A stretch of DNA of 58,562 bases from an uncultured Ruminococcus sp. (GCA_902799325.1 CADCAD010000009.1:1-58562), one strand, 5' to 3'; shown: positions 9,219 to 19,487, counted from the first letter of the stretch. Notes: a model not told the origin generated them from the letters alone. Made by a program: numbers and translations.

Positions 9219-9434
9219 ATGGGAACTATTATTGTCAGACTGGACAGAGTCATGGCAGACCGCAAAATCGGGCTCAACGAGCTTTCCGAGCAGGTGGGCG
9301 TGTCCAACGTCAACCTGAGCAAGCTGAAAAACGGACATGTCAGCGCTGTGCGGTTCTCCACGCTGACCGCGCTGTGCGAGGCGCTTCACTGCCAACCCGG
9401 CGACCTGCTGGAATACAGCGATACAGAATCATAA
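9219..9434 (+). CDS. XRE/Cro-C1 HTH regulator (YozG-like)
   Basis: LDRVMADRKIGLNELSEQVG..NLSKLKNG..LCEALHCQPGDLLEY. Confidence 0.92.
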   Translation: MGTIIVRLDRVMADRKIGLNELSEQVGVSNVNLSKLKNGHVSAVRFSTLTALCEALHCQPGDLLEYSDTES

Positions 9435-9480
9435 TACCAATCTTCATTAACGGCGAGATGGAGAAGTTTCCTATAAAGCA

Positions 9481-9520
9481 AAAAAGGCCGGCCTTCCGTT
9501 TGGAAAGCCGGTTTTTGTTT
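9481..9520. terminator. Bidirectional terminator between convergent genes
   Basis: A-run, CCGGC-C-TTCC/GGAA-A-GCCGG stem, T-run. Confidence 0.65.
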
Positions 9521-9528
9521 ATATAATA

Positions 9529-10158
9529 TTAATGCTTGCTGGACAAACTGAACTTGGACTCGGTGCCGTGCGCCAGCTTGACAAAGTTGGGATAGTGACG
9601 CACAATCACGAGCGCCGCCGCCGCGATGGCGAGCACCTCTACCCAAACGTTGCTGTAGCCCAGATAGAACAGCGCAATCGGGCAGGAAAGCGCCGCTGTG
9701 CAGGAAGCGACGGACATATACTTGCCGACGAACAGCACGACAAAGAAGATTGCCATGGCAATCAGCGTCATGCGCCAATCGACAAACCAGATGGTGGCAA
9801 AGCCGGCGATGAACGCCTTGCCGCCCTTGAAGCCGTACCAAACCGGGAAGCAGTGACCGAGCATACAGAACAATCCCGCAAACTGAGCGCCGAACTGTCC
9901 CAGGTCGTAGGCATAGCCCATAATGAGCATGGACGCAAAAACGGGAACCGCTGTTTTGAGAATATCAATCAGCATCACCGACCACGCCGCGGCGTTCAGT
10001 CCGTATACGCGCTTGAAGTTGGTAAAGCCGGGGTTGTTGCTGCCCGACTTGCGGATGTCCTCGTGATAAACCAGCTGTGACATAATAATCGCACCGTTAA
10101 CGCCGCCGAGGACGTAGGAAACTACGGCGATAACCAGCAGGTTTACACTCATCATCAT
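9529..10158 (-). CDS. plsY: Glycerol-3-phosphate acyltransferase
   Basis: DIRKSGSNNPGFTNFKR, GHCFPVWYGFKGGK, RHYPNF motifs. Confidence 0.92.
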   Translation of the reverse strand: MMMSVNLLVIAVVSYVLGGVNGAIIMSQLVYHEDIRKSGSNNPGFTNFKRVYGLNAAAWSVMLIDILKTAVPVFASMLIMGYAYDLGQFGAQFAGLFCMLGHCFPVWYGFKGGKAFIAGFATIWFVDWRMTLIAMAIFFVVLFVGKYMSVASCTAALSCPIALFYLGYSNVWVEVLAIAAAALVIVRHYPNFVKLAHGTESKFSLSSKH

Positions 10159-11042
10159 ACGGCAAACCTCTCGATGCTCTTGCCGAAGGAGAAGATGCCG
10201 ACGGCGTCGGCGCCGATGGACGCGCCGATGATGGGTCCGATATAGGTGATATAGGTTTTGGCGCCGGGAATAGCTTCCTTCACCATTTCGGCAATATCCT
10301 TTGCCTCCTCCTCGCAGTCCGCGTGCACGATGTAGATGTCGGGATTTTTCTCATCCGCCACCGCTTCAACCGTCAGCGCGACAATTTCCTTAAAGGAGTT
10401 GAGTCTGCCCTTTGCTTTTTTAATCGGAGTATTATTGCCGACCTTGTCGGAAATGATAATCGGCTTCACACCCAGCAGGTTGCCGAAGAACGCGGAGGAA
10501 CCGGTGACGCGGCCTGCCGCCTTCAGGGCGTTGAGGTTGTGCACGGTGACAAACTGGTTGACGTTGTTGCGAATCGGCAGAATCGCCGCTTCGATTTCTT
10601 TGGGGCTCATGCCCTTATCTCTCATTTCGGCTGCCTTGATAGCGATAATACCCTCGCCCAGGCAGGCGTTGATGGAATCGATGCAGCAGATGGTCGCCTC
10701 GGGATAGTCCTTGAGGATGGCTTCCGCCTCCACCTTGCCGATATTGATCGAGCCGGACAGCTTGCCCGAGCAGGAGATATAGACAATATCGTTGCCCTTT
10801 TCCAGCTCTGCCTTGAAATACTTGCGGAACTCGGCAGGCGGCACCTGCGTGGTGGTCACGCGCTCGCCGTTGCGGATGATGTCATACAGCTCCTTGGGGC
10901 TGTAGAATTCCCAGTCAAGGCTGGCAGGGGTTTCCTTGCCGTTTCTGACGGTGTTCATCATCATATAGTCGATGTCATAGCGTTCACGCAGCTCCTTGGG
11001 GAGGTCGGAACAGGAATCGGTTACAATTCTTACAGGTCTCAT
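10155..11042 (-). CDS. fakB: DegV family fatty-acid-binding protein (FakB)
   Basis: IVTDSCSDL, TTQV, SGKLSGS, LLGVKPII. Confidence 0.9.
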   Translation of the reverse strand: MRPVRIVTDSCSDLPKELRERYDIDYMMMNTVRNGKETPASLDWEFYSPKELYDIIRNGERVTTTQVPPAEFRKYFKAELEKGNDIVYISCSGKLSGSINIGKVEAEAILKDYPEATICCIDSINACLGEGIIAIKAAEMRDKGMSPKEIEAAILPIRNNVNQFVTVHNLNALKAAGRVTGSSAFFGNLLGVKPIIISDKVGNNTPIKKAKGRLNSFKEIVALTVEAVADEKNPDIYIVHADCEEEAKDIAEMVKEAIPGAKTYITYIGPIIGASIGADAVGIFSFGKSIERFAV

Positions 11043-11055
11043 ATTTGATTACTCC

Positions 11056-12705
11056 TTACTCTAAAATGATAATATAATCATAAATCGGCTGTCCGCCGTC
11101 AATCATGACAATTTCGCAGTTGCGGTACTGCTTTTTCAGGTCGCTGTACAGCGCCTGCGCTTCCTCGGCGGTGGCGTCCGCGCCGCAGACAAGCAGCATA
11201 ATGTCGTAGCGGTTCGCCTTTGCCGCTTCGCAAAGCGCTGCGGCGGCGGTGTTGCGGTCGCTGCTGTCAACATACACGGTGTCGCCCACAAAGCCGATGA
11301 AATCGTCCTTGCGCACCGCTACGCCGTCCATTTCGGTGTCGCGCACCGCACGGGAAACCATGCCGGTGACAACGCCCTCGATGACGGCTTTCAAATCCTC
11401 GATAATCGCGTCGGTGTCACCGACGGTGGTGTCGAGCATGGAAATCGCCGCGTAGCCCTCGCCGATGGTTTTGGTGGGCACCACGCGCACCTCGGCTTCG
11501 CCGTAGAGCTGCGCCGCCTGGTCGGCGGTGAGAATAATATTGGAATTGTTGGGGAACACAAAAATGACGTCGGCGTTGATTTCGCGGAAGGCGGCAATCA
11601 GCTCCTCGGCAGAGGGGTTCATGCTCTGTCCGCCGTCCACCACCGCGTCGCAGCCCAGCGCGGAGAACGCGTCCTTGATGCCCTCGCCTGCCGCCACGGC
11701 AACCATGCCGAAGGGCTTGTGAGGCTTGGAAACCTTGGGCGCGAATTTTTCGCGCATGTGGTTTTCGTTGTGCTGCAGCGTCATGTTTTCCATTTTAAAG
11801 GTGAGAAACTCACCGTATTTTTGCATATGGTTCAAAATATTGCCGGGCGTTTTGGTATGCACATGCACCTTGACAACCGAACCCTCGCGGAAGCAGACAA
11901 CCGAGTCGCCCACGCTGTTGAGATAGCTGATCAGCTCGTCCACCTCAAAGGTGTCGAGGTTGACCTTGCTGTTTTGCAGACGCAGCAAAAATTCGGTGCA
12001 GTAGCCGAACTCCAGCACGCTGTCCGCCGTAAACGCGTCCAAATCCACATGCCGCGCCTGTGCCGCCGCGCCGCTGTCCGCTGCGATTTCGGCGCCGTTG
12101 AGGGTGTCGATCATGCCCTCGATGATATAGCCGAGGCCTGCGCCGCCGCTGTCAACCACGCCGGCTTCCCGGAGCACATCGAGCAGGTCGGGGGTGCGGT
12201 CAAGGGATAAACGCAGCTCCTTGGCAAAATCGGCAAAATAGCTTTCCATGGTGCTTTCGTCGCCGATGTTGCCGTTGGCGTAGCGCACGGAATCCTTGAG
12301 CACGGTCAGAATGGTGCCCTCCACAGGCACCGACACCGCGCCGTAGGCTTCCCTGACGCCGCTTTCAAACGCCTGTCCCAGTGTGCGCACATTTGCCTGC
12401 TGCACGCCCTCCAAGCCCTTGGCGAGTCCGGCGAAAATACGCGAGAGAATCACGCCCGAGTTGCCGCGCGCACCGAGCAGCATGCCGCTGGCGGCTTTGC
12501 CTGCGGTTTGGGAAAGGTTGTCGCTTCCCTCGCCCACCGCGGTTGCGCCTGCGTTGATGGTCAAAAACATATTGTCACCCGTGTCGCCGTCGGGAATCGG
12601 GAACACGTTGAGGTCGTTGACCGTGGTGATGTTCGCCTTGAGCGCCGCCGCGCCGCCGCGAAGCAGTTTGGCGTAGAGCACGCCGTCCAAAACTGTGGTT
12701 TCCAT
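11056..12705 (-). CDS. fakA: DAK2-domain fatty acid kinase subunit
   Basis: NDLNVFPIPDGDTGDNM, GARGNSGVI, VVDSGG, GYCTEF, GGQSMNPS, GGQPIY. Confidence 0.93.
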   Translation of the reverse strand: METTVLDGVLYAKLLRGGAAALKANITTVNDLNVFPIPDGDTGDNMFLTINAGATAVGEGSDNLSQTAGKAASGMLLGARGNSGVILSRIFAGLAKGLEGVQQANVRTLGQAFESGVREAYGAVSVPVEGTILTVLKDSVRYANGNIGDESTMESYFADFAKELRLSLDRTPDLLDVLREAGVVDSGGAGLGYIIEGMIDTLNGAEIAADSGAAAQARHVDLDAFTADSVLEFGYCTEFLLRLQNSKVNLDTFEVDELISYLNSVGDSVVCFREGSVVKVHVHTKTPGNILNHMQKYGEFLTFKMENMTLQHNENHMREKFAPKVSKPHKPFGMVAVAAGEGIKDAFSALGCDAVVDGGQSMNPSAEELIAAFREINADVIFVFPNNSNIILTADQAAQLYGEAEVRVVPTKTIGEGYAAISMLDTTVGDTDAIIEDLKAVIEGVVTGMVSRAVRDTEMDGVAVRKDDFIGFVGDTVYVDSSDRNTAAAALCEAAKANRYDIMLLVCGADATAEEAQALYSDLKKQYRNCEIVMIDGGQPIYDYIIILE

Positions 12706-12896
12706 ATCTTACCCTTCCTAGAAAATAAATGCTGAAAACAGTAGAATTTGCTTGACTTTTGTCCACTCTATATAATATAATAGAAACGAAAAAAAGATAA
12801 TGGGCATTTAAATTGATTTTTGTAGATAAATACACATAATTAATATTTAGTGTATATTATTATACATAAAGCTCGAAAATTGTAGAAGGTGACACC

Positions 12897-13484
12897 ATGG
12901 AAAAAGTCCAAAAACCGGTTGACCGCCGCGTGCTGAAAACAAAACGCGCCATCCGCAACGCGTTTGCCAAGCTGATGGTGGAAAAGGACATCAACGACAT
13001 CACCGTGATGGAGCTGTCCGAAACAGCGGACATCAACCGTAAAACCTTTTACAACTACTACTCCGGCGTTTATCAGGTGGTGGAGGATATCGAAAACGAC
13101 ATCATCAGCAGCTATGAACGGCTGCTCGGCGATGTGCAGTTCAGGGAATCCATGAACGCCCCCTATCAATTGTTCGAGCGGTTCAGCCAGCTGATTAACA
13201 TGGATCCCGAATTTTTCGGCTATCTGCTGACCATGAACGGCAACATCGCGCTGATCACGCGCATTATGACGCTGATCAAGGATAAAACGCGCGAAAAGAT
13301 GACCTCCCAGCTCGCCATTGAGGACTACAAGGCGGACATCATGATTGACTTTGTGCTGTCCGGCATGCTGTCGGTGTACCAGCACTGGTTCAGCTCCGAC
13401 CGCTCCGTCCCATCGGAGGAGGTGGCACAAATCATCAGCACCATGAGCTTCAGCGGCATCAACGGCATGCTCAACGGTATTTAA
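12897..13484 (+). CDS. TetR/AcrR family regulator, divergent from the fak operon
   Basis: DRRVLKTKRAI..ITVMELSETADINRKTFYNYY HTH. Confidence 0.92.
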   Translation: MEKVQKPVDRRVLKTKRAIRNAFAKLMVEKDINDITVMELSETADINRKTFYNYYSGVYQVVEDIENDIISSYERLLGDVQFRESMNAPYQLFERFSQLINMDPEFFGYLLTMNGNIALITRIMTLIKDKTREKMTSQLAIEDYKADIMIDFVLSGMLSVYQHWFSSDRSVPSEEVAQIISTMSFSGINGMLNGI

Positions 13485-13646
13485 GGCAACACCGCACAAT
13501 TCAAGGCGCCCGGCTTGCTTGAATCTTATTCCGTCAGCTTGCCCAAAAAATCTCGGCAAGGCGACAGCCTTACCTCGATTTATTTGTACAACCTGACGAA
13601 AAATCTTACTGCGCAATCCGCACACCTGAATTATGCGGTATTGCCT
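13484..13646. repeat. 163-nt palindromic MITE-like element
   Basis: 20-nt terminal inverted repeats AGGCAACACCGCACAATTCA / TGAATTATGCGGTATTGCCT (18/20), TA on both flanks. Confidence 0.75.
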
Positions 13647-13684
13647 TAATAAACAAGCCTTCCCAAGCGGGAAGGCTTTCTTTG

Positions 13685-14398
13685 TTATTCCGCTGCAAAG
13701 CGCTTGCGCAGCTCCTCCAGCGTCACGGCGTAGCCGGCGCGCTCGTAGGAGAGGTAGTCTGTCTCGGGCGCTCTGCCCAACAGCTTTTCGGCGAGATACG
13801 CCAAAAAATGCGGATTTTTAATCAGCACAGGTCCTGTCAGATGGGTGCCGAAGCAGTTGCTTGCGCGCACACCCTCGTGCTGTGCACCCTCAAAGTCGCC
13901 CAAGCCGGAGGTGACCGCAAACAAATGCCGCTCAATGCCTTTGACCTCGCTACACTTGTTGATAAAGCCCACCAGCGGCTGCGTCAGGAAATCGCAGGTG
14001 TAAATCACGTCGCCGGTGACGCGCGTTTTGTTTTGCTCTGCCGTTGTAAAATCGAAAATGCCCAAGCCCGCAACGGTGCTGCCGTCGGCAGCTGTCAGCG
14101 TTTTGCCGAGCATTTCAAAGGCGTTGCCGGTCAGCAGCAGCACCTTTCCGCTGTCGATGCAGGCTTTCAGCTCGTCCGCATAACGGCGCAAATCCTGCAA
14201 AACCACGCGCATATTGCGCTCGGTGCCGGCGCCGATAAAGATGAAATCGTAGTCCGCAAGCCCCACCCTGTCGCCGAGCGTGCGGCAATCAAGCGTGACC
14301 GCCTCGCCGCTTTTTTCGAGGATGCGCTTCATGGCGGCGATATTGGCATAGTCGCCGTAGAGGTTCATGATGTCGTGATAAAAATGCAACAGCTTCAT
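13685..14398 (-). CDS. gatD: CobQ-like glutamine amidotransferase, MurT partner
   Basis: MNLYGDYAN, GTHLTGPVLIKNP; adjacent to murT; usual catalytic Cys position reads LTGNAFEMLG. Confidence 0.85.
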   Translation of the reverse strand: MKLLHFYHDIMNLYGDYANIAAMKRILEKSGEAVTLDCRTLGDRVGLADYDFIFIGAGTERNMRVVLQDLRRYADELKACIDSGKVLLLTGNAFEMLGKTLTAADGSTVAGLGIFDFTTAEQNKTRVTGDVIYTCDFLTQPLVGFINKCSEVKGIERHLFAVTSGLGDFEGAQHEGVRASNCFGTHLTGPVLIKNPHFLAYLAEKLLGRAPETDYLSYERAGYAVTLEELRKRFAAE

Positions 14399-14399
14399 C

Positions 14400-15715
14400 T
14401 TAATCCTCCTTCACCTTCGCCAAAAACTTGCCCTTGTCCGAGAAGCAGGTGATGGCATAGATATATTCCCTGCGGTCGCTGTCGAGGTAATCGACCGCCT
14501 CGCCGATATCCTCAAAGGTTTTGATTTTATCCTTCGGAATATCCGTATAGGAAAAGCGCGCCGCCAAATCGTTGACGTATTTGCCTGCGAGGACAATTTC
14601 GTGAATGTTTTCGTTTTGCAGCATTTCAAAGTCGATATCGTACAGCCACGAAACATCGCTTGTAAAATACTTGCGGCTGACGGCGTCCACAATGAACATC
14701 ACGTCGCAGCCGTCCTTATAAGCCGAGGCAACGCGGATAGACTGGTCGTAGGAAATGGAATTTTCGTGCTTGGAGGTCAGCAGCGTTCCTTTGCGGCTGC
14801 CGAGGGCGAAGGTGATGACTCTGCCGTTTTTCAGCACATAGTTGTTCATGTCGGCGGCGATTTTGGCGCCGTCAATGCCCACGATGGAGGCAACGGTGTA
14901 CGCCGCGAGGATATTATAGATATTATACAGCGACTTGAGCGCCAGCGTAATGCGGTGCTTGCCGCCGATGGTCATTTCGCCCCTGTCCAAATCGACCGCA
15001 GTGATGGTGTACTGCGTGTCCTGCCGCTTGTAGCCGCAGGCGGTGCAGGCATAGTGACCGATGTGGTTATAGTGATGGGTGGTGTAGGTCATGGGCGCCT
15101 TGCAGACGGGGCAATAGGCGCCGTCGTTGTAGACGGAGCTGAGCGTTTCGGTGTCGGAGGACAGCTTGTCCGCGCCGAACCAGACCACATCCTCCCTGCC
15201 CTGCGCAAAGGAGGACACCAGCGGATCGTCGGCGTTGAGAATCAGCTGCGTGCCGTCGGTGATGCTGTCGAGCAGCGCGTCGTACACCCACTCGGGATGA
15301 CCGTTGGGTCGCGGTAAAGATTGGTGATGACATAATGCGTGGGCTTGATGTAGCGGAAGGTGTAGCGCGCAAAGCGCTCGTCGCTTTCAATCAGCAGAAT
15401 GTCCGCCTTGACCTTGCCGCCGAGGGTGGCGCTGTCGAGCACCAAGGTGGTGACGCCCTCAATTTGGTTGGAGCCCTCCTTGTTCCACGCAACGGTTTTG
15501 CCGTTTTGCGTGAGGATATGGGCAATCATCTCCACGGTGGAGGTTTTGCCGTTGCTGCCGGTGACCGCGATGATGTATTGGGGCAGCTTGACGCGGCTGA
15601 GAATGTCCGGACAGAGCTTGAGCGCCACCTGTCCGGGCTTGCTGCTGCCCTTGCCGATGAGCTTTCCGGCAAAGCGGAGCAGCTTGCAAATTAAAATAGT
15701 CAAAAACTTTTTCAT
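14400..15715 (-). pseudogene. murT: MurT lipid II isoglutaminyl synthase, split by a frameshift near 15306
   Basis: N-part VTGSNGKTST..TNLYRD; continues in another frame NGHPEWVYDA..LNADDP..CPVC..CTAC..DVSWLYDIDFE. Confidence 0.8.
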
Positions 15716-15804
15716 AGAAAATCTCCGTAAAATGAAGGTAATTCACTTTCATTATAATACATTTTTTATTTTTTGCAAGTTTTTTCCGATTATCAAACAG
15801 TTCT

Positions 15805-15833
15805 GCATAAAAAGCAGAATTTTTCACATAATA
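15805..15833 (+). promoter_or_regulatory. SigG-like forespore promoter
   Basis: GCATA-17nt-CATAATA upstream of spore genes. Confidence 0.6.
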
Positions 15834-15856
15834 AACACACCAAAGGAGGTTTTTTC

Positions 15857-16030
15857 ATGACAGAAAAAGAACTGTTATATGTAGAGGACGCGCTCGGTCA
15901 CGAGCAGCATTTTCAGGCGGAGTGCCAAAACACCGCCAACCAATTGCAGGACGGCGATTTAAAGGATTTCACGCGGCGTATGGAACAACAGCACCGCACG
16001 ATTTTCCAAAGCTTTTACGACTTGCTGTAA
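15857..16030 (+). CDS. Small spore-associated protein
   Basis: AGGAGG RBS; MTEKELLYVEDALGHE; precedes a Coat F gene. Confidence 0.75.
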   Translation: MTEKELLYVEDALGHEQHFQAECQNTANQLQDGDLKDFTRRMEQQHRTIFQSFYDLL

Positions 16031-16042
16031 GGAGGACAACCC

Positions 16043-16285
16043 ATGGACGACAGACAACTGATGGAAAATATGCTGCTGCTGGAAAAGGGCGCGTGCGATT
16101 TGCTGCTGCACGGCACGGTGGAAAGCTGCAGCCCCGACGTCAACCACGCCTTCAACTGCTCGCTGAACGCCTCGCTGCAAATGCAGGGACAGATTTACGA
16201 GAAGATGCAGGAAAAGGGCTGGTATCCCACCCAGCAGGTAGAGATGCAGAAAATGGCGGCAGTGAAGCAGAAGTTTCAGGGCTGA
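16043..16285 (+). CDS. Spore coat protein, Coat F domain
   Basis: MDDRQLMENMLLLEK..QIYEKMQEKGWYP. Confidence 0.85.
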   Translation: MDDRQLMENMLLLEKGACDLLLHGTVESCSPDVNHAFNCSLNASLQMQGQIYEKMQEKGWYPTQQVEMQKMAAVKQKFQG

Positions 16286-16374
16286 CGCCGAAATTTTGCC
16301 CGATTTATTGACGGAAGGATAAAAAAGTGCTATACTGTTTCCTGTAATTTTTTGGAGAAGGAAGGAAAAACAGT

Positions 16375-16977
16375 ATGTATGTTACCTGCTTAGACCTTGA
16401 GGGCGTATTGGTTCCCGAAATTTGGATTGCGTTTGCGGAGGCTTCGGGTATTCCCGAGCTGAAAAAAACCACCCGTGACGAACCCGATTACAACAAGCTG
16501 ATGAACTACCGCCTGAACATTTTGAAGGAACACGGACTGGGCTTGAAGGAAATTCAGGACGTTATCGCTACCATCGACCCGATGGAAGGCGCCAAGGAAT
16601 TTTTGGACGAGCTGCGCTCGCTGTGCCAGGTTATCATCATCAGCGACACGTTTTCGCAGTTTGCGGCGCCCCTGATGAAGAAGCTGGGCATGCCCACCAT
16701 CTTCTGCAACGAGCTGGTGGTTGCCGACAACGGCGAAATTACCGGCTTCAAAATGCGCTGTGAAAAGTCCAAGTACACCACCGTCAAGGCGCTGCAGTCC
16801 TGCGGCTTTGAGACCATTGCCAGCGGCGACAGCTACAACGATTTGGGCATGATTAATGCCAGCAAGGCAGGCTTCCTGTTCAAGAGCACCGACAAGATCA
16901 AGGCGGACAACCCCGACCTGCCGGCTTTTGAAACCTATGACGAGCTGCTGGCGGCAATTAAGAACGAACTGAAATAA
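16375..16977 (+). CDS. thrH: Phosphoserine phosphatase / homoserine phosphotransferase
   Basis: CLDLEGVLVPEIW, TTRDEPDY, ISDTF, GDSYND HAD motifs. Confidence 0.93.
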   Translation: MYVTCLDLEGVLVPEIWIAFAEASGIPELKKTTRDEPDYNKLMNYRLNILKEHGLGLKEIQDVIATIDPMEGAKEFLDELRSLCQVIIISDTFSQFAAPLMKKLGMPTIFCNELVVADNGEITGFKMRCEKSKYTTVKALQSCGFETIASGDSYNDLGMINASKAGFLFKSTDKIKADNPDLPAFETYDELLAAIKNELK

Positions 16978-17120
16978 GCGTCCCGGACGCACTTGCCCGC
17001 CTTTGGGGATTTGTCTTGATGACGCTTTTCATCAACGACCGGTTGAAGAGCTCGCCGGATGGCAATAAACTGACGCTATCCTTTTAGTGATGTTCTTAAT
17101 AATGATCCGGCGGCAGCGAT

Positions 17121-17155
17121 ACCCTGAAGGTTTGATTTGCCTTCAGGGTTTTTCT
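17121..17155 (+). terminator. Rho-independent terminator
   Basis: ACCCTGAAGG..CCTTCAGGGT-TTTTCT. Confidence 0.75.
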
Positions 17156-17267
17156 GATTATTGTTTTTTGTTTTTCGTTAAAACGCTTTTGCGTCAAAAA
17201 GCTTAACACAGGTTTTATTCGACGTATGCAGCGATAAAGCCGTTCAACATATGTCAGGGGTAGAAGA

Positions 17268-18562
17268 ATGATGCATATTTTTAACCGCAAAAGGCGAAGA
17301 AGCCTTACTTCCTTTCAAGTGATCATCATCAGCTTTTTCGCGCTCATTTTGGTGGGTACGTTTTTACTTATGCTGCCGGTATCATCCGCGCACGGGGAGT
17401 TTACATCCTTTGCCGACGCTATATTTACCGCGACGTCCGCCACCTGCGTTACGGGACTGGTTGTAAAGGACACGGCGACCTATTGGTCCGGTTTCGGTCA
17501 GGGCGTCATTCTGGCGCTTATTCAAATCGGAGGAATGGGCGTCATTACGATAGGCTTGGCTGTTATGCGCGCGTCGGGTATGAAAATAGGCTTGTGGTAC
17601 AGAAGCACCATGCAAAGCTCGATTTCAGCGCCTCACGTCGGAGGCATAGTTCGGTTTACCGGCTTCATTATAAAAACCACTATCATCATCGAGCTGATCG
17701 GAGCGGCGCTGTTGTTTCCCGTTTTTTGCGCGGATTTCGGCGTGGGAAAGGGAATTTGGTTTTCCGTGTTCCACTCCGTTTCGGCGTTCTGCAACGCGGG
17801 ATTCGATCTTATGGGAGAACGGGGACAGTTTTCTTCACTCACCTCATACGCCGGCAACAGCTACCTGAGCGGCGTTATTATGCTGCTTATCATAGCCGGC
17901 GGCATCGGTTTTTTGGTTTGGAACGACGTCAAAACATTCAAATTCAGGCTGAAAAGATATTCGCTTCAAAGCAAGATCGTGCTGCTTACCACGCTGCTTC
18001 TTATCTTTTTGCCGGCACTCTCCTTTTTTATTAACGAATTTAGATATTTGCCGATGCAGGAAAAGATCACCGGTTCGCTGTTTCAGTCTGTTACAACGAG
18101 AACCGCCGGATTCAACACGCTGGATCTGACGAGAATGCACGAATCCGGGATCGCGGTGATGATCGTTTTGATGTTGGTTGGCGGCTCGCCCGGTTCAACC
18201 GCCGGCGGTATCGCAGGAAAAGGGATGTGCAGTGCTTTAAAAGAAGGATTTCGGAAGACACCGTTCGCAGCGCCGGAGTAGTGTTTTTTATGTACCTTGT
18301 TTTGTTTTTCGCGAGCGGCGCGTTTATCAGCAGATTAGAGCATTTGCCGATACTGACCTGTCTTTTTGAAACAAGCTCCGCCATCGGCACGGTGGGACTG
18401 ACGCTTGGCGTCACAACAAAGCTGTCTTTGATTTCAAAGGTAATACTGATGCTGCTGATGTTTTTCGGAAGAGTAGGCGGACTGACGCTGATCTACGCCG
18501 CGCTGCCGTCCTCCGGCAGCAACAAATCACGTCAGCCTCTTGAGGATATATCAATCGGATAA
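17268..18562 (+). pseudogene. ktrB: TrkH/KtrB potassium uptake permease, disrupted near 18211
   Basis: SATCVTGL, SAFCNAGF, TRTAGF, GSPGSTAGGI then a frame change to RRKRDVQCF..SAIGTVGL..MFFGRVG. Confidence 0.82.
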
Positions 18563-18574
18563 AGGAGAATAACA

Positions 18575-19219
18575 ATGAAATCGGTTTTAATTATTGGCGC
18601 AGGACAGTTCGGTACTCACATCGCGAAGCGTATGGAGGAGCTTCGTTGCGAAGTGATGGTAGTAGATAACAACGAGGATTGTATCAACGATATTGTGTCT
18701 TATGTTACTAACGCAAAGATCGGCGACGGAACAAACGAAGAATTTTTGCGGACATTGGGCATAGACAATTTTGACGTTTGCTTTGTTACACTGGGAAGTC
18801 ATTTTCAGACCTCGCTTGAAACAACGTCGCTGCTTAGCGAGCTTGGCGCAAAAAAGGTGGTTTCACGCGCGACGAATGATGTTCAAATGAAATTCCTTTT
18901 GAGAAACGGCGCGGACGAGGTCGTGTATCCCGAAAAGCAAACCGCTTTGCGCATAGCCACCAAATACGCGTCCGACAATATTCTGGACTATTTCCACTTG
19001 GAAAACGGCATTTATCTTTATGAGCTAAAGGTTCCGAAGGATTGGTGCGGCAAAAAGCTGGGGCAAATCGACATAAGAAAAAAATACAAGATCAATGTTC
19101 TGACGATCAAACGGAACAACGAGGTCATTATGCCGTCAGCCGAAACCGTTATTCAAGCCGATGACGTTGCCTTTGTGCTGGGCGACTCAAAAGATATTCA
19201 TAAAATCTTTAAGCTGTAA
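18575..19219 (+). CDS. ktrA: TrkA/KtrA RCK regulatory subunit
   Basis: IIGAGQFG, GADEVVYPE, TrkA_C region. Confidence 0.9.
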   Translation: MKSVLIIGAGQFGTHIAKRMEELRCEVMVVDNNEDCINDIVSYVTNAKIGDGTNEEFLRTLGIDNFDVCFVTLGSHFQTSLETTSLLSELGAKKVVSRATNDVQMKFLLRNGADEVVYPEKQTALRIATKYASDNILDYFHLENGIYLYELKVPKDWCGKKLGQIDIRKKYKINVLTIKRNNEVIMPSAETVIQADDVAFVLGDSKDIHKIFKL

Positions 19220-19286
19220 TGCCCAAGCCGCAAAAGCAAAACCGCCGAATATCATAATTGATCCGTATGAACATAAGTATAGTAAT

Positions 19287-19330
19287 GCGCCGCGATCCCA
19301 TTTTTGATCGCGGCGTTTGTTTTTTTGTTT
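19287..19330 (+). terminator. Rho-independent terminator
   Basis: GCGCCGCGATC..GATCGCGGCGT followed by a T-run. Confidence 0.8.
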
Positions 19331-19487
19331 TCATAATCCGTTCATTTTGACGCCTTGAATTATCCTGTCAAACTTTATTAATTGATTATGACATTATATT
19401 GATAATCTGCCTAGTTTTTGCTATACTTTTTAAGTAAAATATGGGGAAAGCGTTGCGCTTTGTCACATTAAAAAAGGAGGCAGACCT

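Noticed and set aside
16981-17100. Possible gene remnant or c-di-AMP riboswitch upstream of ktrB
   Set aside because: No ydaO-type conserved motifs; short frames have no convincing homology
15290-18230. Programmed frameshifting in murT or ktrB
   Set aside because: No slippery sequence, and conserved residues are missing, indicating deletions
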